A stretch of 64,000 nt of DNA from the human T2T-CHM13v2.0 reference genome, Homo sapiens: the NCBI RefSeq assembly GCF_009914755.1, contig NC_060947.1. One strand, written 5' to 3'. Each line of letters opens with the position of its first letter. Positions within the stretch are counted from its first letter, which is position 1. Shown one piece after another: positions 14,070-29,555 of the stretch. Made by a program: the position numbers and the translations under genes. A model generated the notes under the pieces. The model was not told where the DNA came from, did not search any database, and saw nothing but the letters and a program-made list of their open reading frames with translations.

Positions 14070-14175
14070 TGTGAAGCCTGTCTGGGGTCAAATTCTAGCT
14101 CTGCCACTTACTTGTAGTCTTAGGTAAGTTACTCAATTTTTTCTGATCTCCAATTTCATTGCCTATAAAAGAGAA
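14070..14175 (+). mobile_element. MIR fragment
   Basis: 'ggggtcaaattctagctctgccacttac...ggtaagttactcaa'. Confidence 0.65.
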
Positions 14176-14634
14176 TTGGTGTATATGCCAATCATACCTC
14201 AATAAAGCAGTTTAAAAAACTGAAGAATCAATTATTTCTGAAGAAAAAAAAGAATTGGTAAGAACTCCTTTATAGTGTGTGATAATTAAATAACAAAAAC
14301 TAGAACAAAGTGGCAGGCATGGGACATGGTCCATATTCAGAGCTAAAAGTTTTCTCTCACTATTTTTATTTTCCTAAAATGAACTAGTATTTCTAGAAGA
14401 TACAATGAGAATAAAACCAATTGAAAATATTTTCTTTTAATAACAGTGCTTTAAAATTAGCAAAAAAATTAAAATAGAATTTTGAAAAAAGTAATCAAAT
14501 AGATTTGCTGTACTACTGACTGTATGTTCTTTACATTTGTATGTTTTGTTTTTATATTTTGGTATTTTTAAGTATTATTAGTAGGTGTTCTTAAACATTT
14601 AGGTAAGATATTGTATAGTTATTAGCTTTACTAT

Positions 14635-14935
<301 letters not shown>

Positions 14936-15580
14936 AGCTTTCCTATTTTTCTAATGAGAAAATAGTAGCTTGTTGAGAGCCACACACGGAGTTTGTGATT
15001 TTTTTTTTTCTTCAGGATACGTTGCATTTATATTGTATATCAGCGTGTATTAAAGTGTGTGGAAGCCCTCTGGAGATTTTTACATGTGGAATATACTAGT
15101 TACTTAGTAATTCTCTGTAGGCAAGCGGCTAAGTTCACGTATGGAAAACCATTAAGACCCATTGCTGTAACACAGACAAGGGTATTACTGTTAAGTGTAT
15201 TGCCATTTTATGGTCATTCCAAACGAGAAAAGCTGCTTCATTCCAGGAATCATATTGCTATTATAATTCACCAGAAAACCTACACTTTCTTTTCCTCCAA
15301 TAGACAGTCACTTAAAGCAAATGTACAAAAAAAATACAATGGAATATGGTTTAGGAATTAATGAAAATTTAAAAAGCAGCAATCCCATTGAGAAGACAGA
15401 AGGCAATACATTTTAAAAACTGAGCATTATGCAAGGGAAAATTTGAGCAGTTTTCAAGTTAGTTCTGTATTGTTCTCATTAACAAATGTAGATGGTGCAG
15501 CATTTACTACAGACAATTGATTCAGACTTAAACTTTTGGGCTACAAATCATTTATATTTCAGAGAAAAAATATGTGGTCA

Positions 15581-15903
<323 letters not shown>

Positions 15904-16566
15904 ACTGTATTTCCCACAAGAGACATTAAACTATTTTTGTTTTTATTTACTACCTTAATGTTACGCAATTTTTCAAAAGAAAATATAATACTGTAGACGT
16001 AAAAAATTTAAAACGTATGAAAACTGGGATATATCAATTATCTTAAAGAAGATATTCCTGAAACATACTTAAGATTTAATATTGAAATATATAATTGTTT
16101 AAAAATACATTAAATATTGTTTAAAGAAATTCTGTTAAAAGCTGTGGGGCACATTATGAAGGCAATACTCACTTCTTTACCTTTGTTATAAAATTAATTT
16201 TGTCCATCAATTTTTCATCAATCAAGGTTTATCTATACACTTGAAAATTCAAATCCACAGGGATCTTGAAAAGATAGCATAGATAGTATCTTTCTCTTTT
16301 AATAGATGAAAAACAACTGCAGAAAGGCACAGACATCTTCAGTACTAAATAAGTCATACGATACAATATGTCTAATTGATATAAAGAAAAGGTAATCTTG
16401 CCATACTGCTCCTTCTGGCTAGTTTATTTCTAAAGCTATATCCAAGAATCTTGCTAAAAATATCAACTGTGTTATTTTCATTCAATCTATTTCTTTCAAA
16501 CATTCTATTTTTCAAAATTAGGTTTCATTTGAGCATCAGTAACTTTAGAAGAAAAAATAATACTTA

Positions 16567-16888
<322 letters not shown>

Positions 16889-17772
16889 TCAGAGCTCCTG
16901 TTTCTTCTAAATTAGGTGTATCTCCTCAGTCTTTGAATTTAGTCTAAATTGGTTTATAAATAATAATCCTGAATCTTTCTAGCTCCCTGCCACAAAGATG
17001 GATATTTAGATATACTATGGAATATTTCACTATTCCTGTTTTATTTCTAGATTAAAAATCACCAAAACAAGGAGACAGAAATTTTATATCTTCCCTGACC
17101 CTAATTTTTCCCCTTGAAATCTTGCTATCAATTATACTGACCTTTGGTTGTAGGCATTTCTTTATATTTGTGTTTTTTTGTTGCTTTCTACATAAACTCT
17201 ATTCATGGGGTCTTTTGCCAACTCATTATATTATCCTTTCAGAATATGGTCAAAGGCAAGCCCATTTTACAATCCAATTGTCATTTCTAAGAGGATATTG
17301 GAATTACTCATGTACAGAGTAAAAGGTTATTTTCCTCACCTCCTACTTAGCAAAAGAAAGTGAAAACAATGACATTCTTATTTTTAGTGATTTAATTACA
17401 TTTTCTTATCCATGTGATTTTCTTCATCTAATTTAACAAAATTATCAGAGACATGGTCTGATTACATATCATCTTTCTTATTCCAGAAGTACAAGACAAA
17501 ACTAACCTTGATTTCTGCTTATAATCTTACATTCTCCCCATGGATTCACACAGCTCTACCCTGATTTGTGGCTAATAACAACAATTTTAATTTTCCTATT
17601 CTTTTAATGAAAGTAATATTCCTCTCTTCTTCTCTGAAAAATGAATGCCTTTATGATTTGGGAGGGAAAAATTCTCCTTTGGTGTTTTCCTTCCCCTTCA
17701 GTTGACCCACACTATTAATAATCTTCACAATATCAATCATTGTTGCAGCTTAGACATAGACAATGTTTATGA

Positions 17773-18077
<305 letters not shown>

Positions 18078-18138
18078 AGCATTTCAAATCCAGATGCTAC
18101 CACAGGAGGCTCTGGGCCTTAAAGAAATGCAGCCAGCT

Positions 18139-18411
18139 AGCCGGGCATGGTGGCTCGTATCTGTACTCCTAGCATTTTGGAAGGCCAAGGTGGGAAGATC
18201 ACTTGAGGCCCAGAGTTTGAGACCAGCCTGGGCAACACAGGGAGATGCCATCTCTACAAAGAAAAAAAAAAAAATTAACCAGGCATGGGCTGAAACAGGA
18301 GGATCACTTTAGCCCAGGAGTTTGAGGCTTCAGTGAGCAGATCGCGCCACCACGCTTCAGCCCAAGTGACAGAGCAAGACCTCATTTCTAAAAAATAAAT
18401 AAATGAATAAG
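18139..18411 (+). mobile_element. AluJ with ~30-bp deletion at the start of the right arm
   Basis: J-type 'cacttgaggcccagagtttgagaccagcctgggcaaca' and 'ggaggatcactttagcccaggagtttgaggct'; TSD aaagaaatgcagcca. Confidence 0.9.
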
Positions 18412-19520
18412 AAAGAAATGCAGCCACTTGGAACCAATGCTGTTTTTCAGATCTTTGAGCCTCTCAGTAACATTAATTAAGAACCCTGGTAAATAAATAT
18501 ACTAACCAGTGGCAAGAATAATTGACTGCAAATGGCTGAATGTTTTATTATTTTCACTTTTTTTAAATAGAAGTTTTTGACAACATAAAGGCCTTACCCA
18601 AAGGAATAACAATAATAATGAAAAGAGCAAGCATCCATTGTGTTCACAAAATCACAGAATACATGTACATCAAATGAAAAATAATCCTTTTTCATCTCTG
18701 AGAATACTCCAAAACTTGTCCATCTGAGTATCAATGGAAAATCTTGCTCTTTATTAAAAGGAATTCTTCACTAATGTTCAGAAAAGCTGAGGAATGTACT
18801 TACATCACTACCGTCACTACTAGAGTATGCACTGGTGGCTAAAATGTCCTAACAACTTCTTCAGGGCTCAAATATTTTAGGGCTTTGAATTCAAAGATGT
18901 GTAAAATAGAGTCTCTGTCTTCAAGGACTTTATAACTTCTATGCATATGGTATGTGCTAGCGTGGATGATGGAAGAGTTACATTTAACCTTCACCATGGC
19001 AGGAAGATTTATTGGGGGAGATAAAACTTTGAAGATAAGCAAGAGAGCCAGATTAAAAATAAAACAAAGTAGAAGGAGGAAAGAATGGGTGTTTCAAGAA
19101 AAACAAATATAATGTGCTCTTGCTGATGGGTAATTCTTTGTGTATTTTCATACTCCTATTTAGTGTGTACCTATTTTTCTCACAGTATATCGAAATACGC
19201 TATTATCTGACTTCCTCGGGTAAGTCTACAAGACCAAATATACAATAACAAATCTATTGAGAAGATACAGTTATTTACATGCACAGAAGGTTATTGTGAG
19301 AAACTCTATCAAATGCCCTTGCTGATATTGGCCTGACCCACAATTCAAACGTTTGGGTACCTTCAAGAAAATGTCTGTATTTTTTAATGTCCTTTGAAAT
19401 TATTACTCTAGTCATGCATTATACGATAAAAGATACACGAAACTGATGTCCAATGGAACAGTAAGCTTTGACAGTTCACATTCTTTATAGATAATAAGAT
19501 GTTTAAATTCATTTCCATGA

Positions 19521-19991
19521 TGTATTAGTTTCCTGCGGCTGCTGTTAAAAAGTACTACAAACTGGGTAGGGTTTGTAGTTGTTTGTTTGTTTTTTAGGAG
19601 AAACATATTGTCTCCCAGTTCTGGTGGCTAGAAGTTCAAAATCAAAGTATTAGCAGGGCCATGCTCTCACTGAATACTCTAGGAGAGAGTCTGTTCCGTG
19701 CCTCTTTCTTAGCTTCTGGTATTGCCAGCAATCCTTGCCATTCTTTGGCTTATAGACACGTCACTCGGGATAGCCTCTGTCATATGGGATTCTCCCTGTG
19801 TGTCTTCTCTGTATTTCTTCTCTTCTTCTTATAAGGACATCAGCCATGTTAGATTAAAGGCCCACCCCACTCCAATATGACATCATCTTAACTAATTACA
19901 TCTGCAAAGACCCCATTTGCAAACAAAAACCACATTTTTGAAGTTCCAGAAAAGACATGAATTTTGAGGGTGCACTATCTAACCCAGTGCA
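19521..19991 (-). mobile_element. MLT1 (B/C-like) MaLR solo LTR
   Basis: TGTATTAGTTTCCT...CCCAGTGCA ends; 'cagttctggtggctagaagttcaaaatcaa'; 5-bp TSD catga/cgtga. Confidence 0.88.
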
Positions 19992-20135
19992 CGTGATAAC
20001 ACAATCCTCAATGAACTGACTGCCGTCAATCTCTCAGTTTTCAACTCCACTACTCAACTACTACATCCAACTTAGCAGACAAACAAATATATGTATTGAA
20101 TGAGAAACAGTCCCTAGCTGGTAAAAGTAAAGTAG

Positions 20136-20568
<433 letters not shown>

Positions 20569-21750
20569 TCATTATCTTATGGCCTCACATAATATTATTG
20601 CCTATATATTTCTGTGTTGGTCCTTCATAATACTTGGATTTACATGCAGAATTGTATATTTCTGTATCATATTTTAAGTGCTCTGTAATGCATTAATTAT
20701 TTGCTAGCCTCATGTAGGCTGCAGCTCTCCAGCCTTTAAGTTCAGTCATATGCCAACCTGAAGAACGTGAGGGATTGAGAGAGTGTCTTAAATGAGAGAA
20801 GCCCATGGTGGCCAGCTTCATCAGAAACCTAGTGTGGCTCTGGTTTTCGCCAGGTTCTTTGTTCCTTGTGACTCATTCTCTGCCTTGCATTGTCTATTCG
20901 GTCCCCTCAGGCCTGTCCTAGCTGGAAAGAGCTCTCTTTACTTCCTGATCCCATCTGTTCCTTGACCTCCCCTCTGACCCACCACTGGGCATGCTCAGAA
21001 TAGGAAATTGTGCCATAATAGATAATCCTGACACTCTGTTCCATTTCTTCATGTTAGTTAATTACCATTCAAGGTCTTGAGGCCTACATTAACTGCTCTT
21101 AAATGTCAGGTCTATGTACCTATTGCCTGTTATGGAGCAGGCCTGTTGGTGACCAAAGCAGCATAACCTAGCATCTGTTGCTCAGATATCATGTCCCAGC
21201 ACCCCAATTAATTGCCCTAGCCCTAGTCTAGCCAGTCTTCAGAACTGAATCATTATTTATTTGGTCTGTATGCAAACCAAACCCCATTTAAATCACATTC
21301 ATCTACCCAGGACTCTCATTTATCAATCAAACTGACATTTTAAATGTCAGATGAGTTATGGTATATCCTTTGAGTGATCATGATAACATTCCCTCATATT
21401 TAGGAGATAAACTGTCTGCATACATCAATATTTTTAAACACCGAAGTAAGTGTCAAAGGTCTGAAAATTAATGATGAAATTTATCACTTCAGTATTCTGC
21501 ATGCTTAAAAGATAGGAGTCACACCTACCTTCCAATAACCTATTATAAGAGCCAAAAATGATAGCTAACATTCAAAACTAGGTATCTATCATACAACAAA
21601 TATTTTACAAATATGTTCTCATATAATATTCATATCACTGTTATTTTCCCACTTCATAGACACGGGCTTAGTGAAATTTCATAACTTTTTCAACATTACA
21701 ATGAAAAATATCTGAGTTTCTTTAGTGGCTTTGCCTGTTGCAGACCTCAA

Positions 21751-22321
21751 TTTTTTTTTTATTATACTTTAAATTCTGGGATACATGTGCAGAACATGCA
21801 GGTTTGTTACATAGGTATACACATGCCATGGTGGCTTGCTGCACCCATCAACTCATCATCTACATTAGGTATTTCTCCTAATGCTATCCCTCCCATAGCC
21901 CCTCACCCACCAACAGGCCCCAGTGTGTGATGTTCTCCTCCCTGTGTCCATGTGTTCTCATTGTTCAACTCCCACTTATGAGTGAGAACATGCGGTGTTT
22001 GTTTTCCTGTTCCTGTGTTAGTCTGATGAGAATGATGGTTTCCAGCTTCATCCATTTTCCTGCAAAGGACACGAACACATCTTTTTTAATGTCTGTGTAG
22101 TATTCCATGGTGTATATGTGCCACATTTTCTTTATCCAGTCTATCACTGATGGGCATTTGGGTTGGTTCTAAGTCTTTGCTCTTGGGAATAGTGCTGCAA
22201 TAAACATACGTGTACATGTGTCTTTATAGTAGAATGATTTATAATCCTTTGAGTATACACCCAGTAATGGGATTGCTGGGTCAAATGGTATTTCTGGTTC
22301 TAGATCCTTGAGGAATTGCAT
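21751..22321 (-). mobile_element. 5'-truncated primate L1PA (L1PA7/8-like) 3' end including the ORF2 C-terminus
   Basis: 'ttattatactttaaattctgggatacatgtgcagaac'; ORF 21965-22147 encodes the ORF2p C-terminal motif DWIKKMWHIYTMEYY; 12-bp TSD acctcaattttt. Confidence 0.95.
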
Positions 22322-22401
22322 ACCTCAATTTTTAAATACAATTTAAAAATACAATCAATTTTTTATCTATATCACATTCAGGCCTACCTCTAAAGTATAT
22401 A

Positions 22402-22759
22402 ATGACAATCCCCGATTTACAATGGTTCCACTTACAATTTTTTGACTTTGCAATGGTATGAAATAGTGCACATTCAGTAGAAACCACACTTCAAGTATCC
22501 ATACAACCATTCTGGTTTTCACTTTAAGTACAGTACTGAATAAAAGATACTCAACACTTTATTATAAAATAGAATTTGAGTTAGATAATTTTGCCCAAAT
22601 ATAGGCTAATCTCAGTGTTCTGAGCATGATTAAGGTAGGCTAGTCTAAGCTATGATGTTTGGTAGATTAGGTATATTAAATGCATTTTCCACTTATAATA
22701 TTTTCAAATTATGGTGGGTTTATTGGAACATAACCCCACTGTAAGTCGAGGGATATCAG
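22402..22759 (-). mobile_element. MER47A (Tigger-derived MITE)
   Basis: Terminal 'ccccgatttacaatggtt' / 'aaccccactgtaagtcgagg'; internal 'aaggtaggctagtctaagctatgatgtttggtag'. Confidence 0.82.
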
Positions 22760-23489
22760 CAACGCGTTTAGGAAAAATAGAGGCAAAGTGTCCTCTAGGG
22801 TGGACTCAGCTACCAGGGCCACAGCCTAGTCAGGGACACTGCCTTTATGTGAAGGAAGGCTCTACTTCCTCAGGGCAGACACAATCCCATGAGTGTGTCT
22901 TGGATGCCTTTACAAAGGGCTGGATTTCAGTCCTCACCTGCCTTCTCAGCCGAGCATGCCTGGGCATGCAAAAATAGCACAATGGTACATGGAACCCTTA
23001 AATACATTCCATTAAAACAAATACATAAATTTGGCAGGGCAAAGTTAAGTTTAGAAATCTATTATTCAAAAGCCAGCAAGGATTCTAAAGTCCTTCAGTG
23101 ATCTTAGATTGCGATCTTTTGAAGAAGACATTAAATATGATACCAATATCTGACCTCATTTATCAAGAGGAAATGTGAGTTTCTCTCAAAGGGTGTTGAG
23201 TAGATATCACGTGTTTACTATCTCTAACAAACAGAACTCATCCAGATGATAATCTTGGTCTTGCCTGCCGGTGATGATCTAGTAAACTTATAGACACAGC
23301 AATTTTTTAGCAAACTTTAAGATAGTATAACAAAATTTAAAGACAAAACTAAGGATTTTTAAACCTTTAATCTTATTTAAATTAGAACTCTATCAATGAA
23401 TTAAATGTCCAACCTAGGTGTTAAAAATTCTCTATTACTCTAATAATTTCTCCCCAAATTTTGTAACATATTCGATATTCCAGAACTCT

Positions 23490-24070
23490 TTGCATTGTAA
23501 TAGCATTTTGTTGCATATGAAATACGTCACGTATCTCATTAAATACTAAAGCAAAACATTAAAGGAAAAATTACTGTCCCAATCCTACAGATGAGGAAAT
23601 TGAGTCTCAGTATAGTTAGATCATCTTTCTAAGGGAAACACAAGACTTTTGTCTTTATCAATTAGTCACATCATTTATATCATTTATTGAGCACTGTTCT
23701 AAGGGTATCACAAATGGCGGCTGCTCTTTGAATCATCAACAGTCCAACAAGGTGTAGGTGCTGTTATTTTCCCCATGTTTACAGAAGAGGTAGATTGAGG
23801 AACAGAGAGGTTAAATAATGTGCCCAAGGTCAAATGCTGGTAGAGAATAAAACCATTTTTTATGTATGAGTGCCTATTTCTTACAAAACTCTTTATATAT
23901 ATTATGTTCAGTATTTTAGGAACCAGAAAGGGTGATATTGTTATTCCCATTTTATTATTGATAAATCTGAGGTTGAGAAAGGTTAAACAACACAACCAAA
24001 TTTACGTGACTAATGAGTGACAACCAGGAATCGAGCCCACCTTTTGCTGTTTCTGAAACATGTATTCTTC
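23490..24070 (-). mobile_element. Cluster of about three same-orientation MIR fragments
   Basis: Three cores: 'tacagatgaggaaattgag', 'tttacagaagagg...gaggaacagagaggttaaataatgtgcccaaggtca', 'aaatctgaggttgagaaaggttaa'. Confidence 0.7.
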
Positions 24071-24509
24071 CCAGAATAACCTTTAATCTCTCAATAACAG
24101 CTCATACAATTCCTCCTTCCCATCTCACAAAACCTATTCTGAGCTCTATGTCTACCACGAATAAGCCCAAGAGTAGAGAGAATTTATCTCACAAGGCTTA
24201 CCGTATACCCCTTTTCAATAATTTTTATCACATTATTTCTCTTTCTCTTCCTTAGTCAACAACATTTAATTTACTCCTGAAACTATCCCTACACTAATCT
24301 GAAGTTGTTAAATTACTAAGTTATTTTGCATTCATATTTCCAAAATTAATTGTCCAAGTTCATCTCTCAAAATGAAATAATTTCAGCTAGAAATGAGCTG
24401 TGGCACAGTAAGCCTTTGGATGGGGAAGGTAATTATAATTGTTCTGTAACTCTGGTTATGGAACATGATCTGGACAGTGAGAGTTGGATAGAGAGGGAAG
24501 CCACTGGGG

Positions 24510-24725
24510 GTAGTGTGACTAAGACACTGTTTTAGAATCTGAGGATATGAGTTCAAGTTCCACAGCTAACACCTGCTAGATTTGTAGTCTGTAAGTTGTC
24601 AAATTTCAAAGAATCTTATATTCCTCTTGGATAAGAGATAGGTAATAAAAACTACCTGGCACAGATGGTTTTGTAGAAAATCCAATAAAATAACTGTGGA
24701 AACTTTGAAATTTTCAAGTGCCATT
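24510..24725 (+). mobile_element. MIR fragment (eroded)
   Basis: 'tgagttcaagttcc...ataggtaataaaaactacctggcacagatggttttgtag'. Confidence 0.5.
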
Positions 24726-25716
24726 AAAATATCAAATACCAATTTAATAATTAGCTTATGATCAGATGGTTAGGGACGTTGACTGCCGAAGTGTATATTC
24801 AAATCAATGCAGTATAGGCTTTAAAGTAGGGCCAAAGCATGAAATGCATTTTAATAAGTGTACACTTCTAGGATTCTTTGAAAGTTGAAAAAATAATTAG
24901 TAAGAAAATGGAGATGAAGCCCTACACTAGGATGATAGCACTTAGAAAAAGATAAAAGTGAATAGATGTGTCAAAAGCAGATTTAATGGGAATTGACAAA
25001 AAGGGACGAATACTTGAAACTGACTCAAAGATTTTGAGTCTGAGGGATTGGAAGAGTCAGGGGACTGCTGTTGGAAGAGTGGGAGCAAATAGAATCAGAA
25101 AACACACGCACACACCAAAAATAACTGGTTTTGGATATTTTGAGAGCCATAGCCCAAAAGCTAAAGGCTGTTCTATGTTGAATTATCAAAGCCACTTTCT
25201 GATCTCTGTTTTTATGCTGTTTTTTTTTTTAGCATTTTCAAATTTTTCCTCACTTAAGATTCTGTAAAATTTTTATTGCTTATATGCTTGTGTAAGAAAT
25301 TCATATCATGTGATTGTGCTCCAAAAATTTTTAGTAGGATAATAGCATTTTACTGCTTCTGAAAATGACCTGCAATATTAGGTTATTATTTGTTATATTA
25401 GGTCTAGAAACAGCATAAACTATTGACTGAAGTTTGACATTTTAAAATTCTCTAATAAACTGGAGGAAAGTCCACCTCTGCTGGAACTCTGCAGTGCACA
25501 GAAGGCAAATAATAGACTGCTATCCTGCCATGGCTTCGCTTAATACAAATTTGTACAATATATACAATTTAAAAATGAATTCATAACATTTCTATTTTCT
25601 CATAAAACATTGTGATATGTCAGGCCAGTAACAGGTGTGAAAATGATGGAATCAAATCCTCACAGAATACGTGTTTAGAACAGACCTCTTCAGTAAAGAC
25701 AACTTTTAAAAATACA

Positions 25717-26144
<428 letters not shown>

Positions 26145-28369
26145 AAGTTTTAGGAGAAATCTGCTCAGAATTGCATTCCTCTCTTACTCATAGTGATAAG
26201 GGGACCTCGTAGCTAAAAAGTCTTGTAGAGGAGGTTAAAAGTTCTTCAAAGTAAAAACATTCTCAACTCCAGAAAACAACATGTAAGTCAACCCACTCAT
26301 GTTTTCTAAGCCAATATCTTAGAAAGTTGTTGTCGACTCCTCATGAGCCTCTGCTACCCACAGCCAATCTGTTGCTAAATGTTGTGAATTCTTTTTTATT
26401 GTATTGTATGTCTTAATAACTTTTTTCTTCACTTGCCAAAATAAAATCCATATGCTCCCCCCACCCTACTGCATGGTTCTCCAGTAAAGACTATAGATAT
26501 TTTTTCTGCTTATTTATATATATTAAATAGATTTTTAGGCAGTAATTTGAAAATCACTTTGTCTCTTTGAAGTTGCAAATTGTTATAGACCAAGGCTGGT
26601 TCATGCCCATAAAGGTTGTTTAATTAATCGAATTTGATATGACAGAGTATTACACACAAAATAGTGGACGGAATATGCACAAAACAAGTTTTTCACAAAA
26701 GGAAGTGAAAAGCTTGTGCCAAATTCATCTGTGTAACACTAGAAATAAATATTTTAAAAATATATTTATTGCTTAGTTTAAAAAACTGGCCATTTCTGAG
26801 CTTTAAGCTATCATTGGAAGCTTTATAATTTAAGGTTTTATTTGCTTGCTAAATATAATTGAGCTGTTTAATTGTAATCCTTAGCCTTGGCTCCTTAGCC
26901 AATGTAGAGCTTAATAAATTCACCTTTAGATTATCAATAATAAACACACATGGTAAAATCTAATATTGCAATAGTCCGTAAACTTCCGGGCTTACTTTCT
27001 AAAAGCAGATAAGCAGAGTTATTGAAGAAGAATCGTGTGTCTATATTTCAGAGGCATAAACTCATTTTAGGAGTCATTATTACTACACTACTTTCACAGC
27101 ATACCTTTAATCAAGTATCAGAAATAAAGTAGAACACATCAGAAAATAAGTGGTCTGATAAACAATTTACCACACCTGAAATGCAGACTTTCATACGAAA
27201 AATGTTCTAGCACAACAGGGTCCACAGGCAATCAACAATCCTGTTCTCTTCCTTCTCCTGGGCTGATCTATTAGCATGGCTAATAGATCATTGCACTCTC
27301 CTACAGAGGCCAGATGGGACTTCTCCACATTTTAGTTCAAGAAGATACTACCAATTAATTAGAGTTGGCACTTGAGGTTATTATTTGCTTTGCTTTACTT
27401 ACTTTCTTTCTTTTTTTTTTTTTTGCATACAGACTTAGACAGCTAAATTAAAATCATATTGAACATCTCCTTCAATGTGATATTAGGACATTTCTAGAAG
27501 TGTTTACTTGAATCTACAGATTTTGAGCTATAAGGGACTTGAGTTTAGGAATTTAGTTTAAATTTGACTAATAGCATACAGTTTTCTACCTCAGCCTAAT
27601 AAACTCACTGACTCTAATAACGAATTTGAAAAACAACATGTCCTTAGCATCCTGACAAACCCACAGAACTGCTGCTCCTTCCTCCTACATGTCAGTTTGG
27701 GTTTCAGCATTGCATGACAAAAATCTCAATTTTCTTTATGTGTTAGAAGTTCATAATTGGAAGTGTGAATAAAAGTTAGGGGAAAAATGACTTAAACTTC
27801 AGCAGCAGGAAAAGATAATCTTTACTGTCTGTCTAGTTTTAGAGCATCCAATAAACAAGAACATCCATCAAAAAACTCTTTGGTGGCTTGAGGAAATGTG
27901 GGGAGTGCCTGAGTATCACGCTATCCTTCTTGTGAAATTTTTGATAATACATGTCTGTAGTAAGCATGATTCACAACTACTAACTAAACAATTTATAATT
28001 CCAACAATTTCACCTAAATTACACAAAGGTGTGTTTAGAATATACAGGAGAATAGCCAGTATGAAAAAAAAATGTATTCAGAGAAAAGACAAATAATACA
28101 GCTCAGGAATGAAATGTTTCTCAGCTAAGGGACGACATAGGATCACAATTCATCTAGGTGTTTTTTCCGCAGTTGCTTTCAGTACATATTTATACAAACA
28201 GAATAAAAGAAGTACCGGAACCAAATAAGTAGTAAACAAAGGGGGAAAGAGATGATTTTGTAATTTGCAATGCTCATGCACAGAAAATAAAATGAAGGTA
28301 ATAATAGCACAAAAAGAAAACAAGGGCATCAAGTAAGAAGAGGAAGAAAACCAAAACACACAGGACAAG

Positions 28370-28810
28370 AAGATGGGGCGTTAAAACAAGAAAGCTCTAG
28401 TGGAGCAGTAACTGAGGGTAAAGGAAGCGCTCAAGTTTTGATGTATAGGAAGCAAAGAAGGTAACTGAAAGTGATTAATGATGTTGTTTTGGCAACAGAA
28501 TAGCAGATTAAGGGCAGCTTTCTGAACTGATTGGAAAGGATGCTGAAGGAAGGAAAGGTGCTCAGTGTGGGAAATCGGAGATGGCAGGATACAGGAATAC
28601 CAGGTCAAGAGAGATCTCAGTAGTATATTCTAGGTTTTAAAAATATAATGGAGTGATTGATATAGTTTGAATAGTAGTCTAGGTGTTAGAAAGAGACACA
28701 GCTCAACAATATCATTATCAATCATCGCTGAGAAAAGGCAAGGAGTAATTTAACAGGAATGATAAGCTTACAGGAAATTAAAAGTGAAATAAGATATATG
28801 AGAAGATGTG
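28370..28810 (-). mobile_element. L2 fragment (eroded)
   Basis: Purine-rich stretch typical of antisense L2 ('ggaaatcggagatggcagga...tcaagagagat'). Confidence 0.45.
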
Positions 28811-29454
28811 AGAAAGAGATTAACAGGATTATTCTTTAAAACATGGAAGTAAATTTGAGAAACATTTCCCTTTCCAAATAATAACCCATACTCCTAAATT
28901 AAAACTTATGGTGAAATAATACAGCATAATTTTCTACATACGGATGAATTCAGTAAGGAGAAATACTTAATTTCTAAAAATTGAAAGCGCAAAGTTATTT
29001 TGATTTGTAAAGTTTTCAGATCATTCCTCTATTAAATATCAGTGACTTTGCTTACTACTTTTTCAGGTATTGTGGGGTATGTATCCAAAAAAGTGTGTTA
29101 CCTGATTTATGCATTTATGTCTATTTTTTAAAACATTGCTTCTTCTATAATTTCTCCTCTTTTCAGTTCAAAGAATGGAATATAGTACAAAGAACCTTGA
29201 ACAAAAAGTCATGGCTGGGCTTTATTTCTGAATATACATACATACATATATATATATATTTTTTTTTTCCTCAGTGTGTATTCATTGAGTGAACCTGAAT
29301 GAGCAATTTAAACTGTCTAGGCTGCCTTTTACTAGTCTATCAAATAAAAGAATTAATTTCTACTCAAATAAATCTAGAAGGCTATTAATGGGATATTAAC
29401 ACATTTAAAAGTGGTTTAAAGTAGAAAAAGCACCATCGATATGTATCACTGATT

Positions 29455-29555
29455 TGCTTATCCATTCCACAAATTAAGTACCTACTATGGAGCAGATGCT
29501 GTCTTGGTTCTGGGACAACATCTATGAATGACACTGAAATTGTCCCTGCTCTCCT
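29455..29555 (-). mobile_element. L2 3' end fragment
   Basis: 'tccattccacaaattaagtacctactatgg...tgtccctgctctc'. Confidence 0.6.

Noticed and set aside
19412-19460. 49-nt ag|...|gtaagc exon-like segment
   Set aside because: Poor polypyrimidine tract, stops in two frames and no recognisable peptide.
20700-21240. GC-richer block that might be an old LTR or regulatory element
   Set aside because: I could not assign a family or a convincing motif cluster by eye; it needs a Dfam search.
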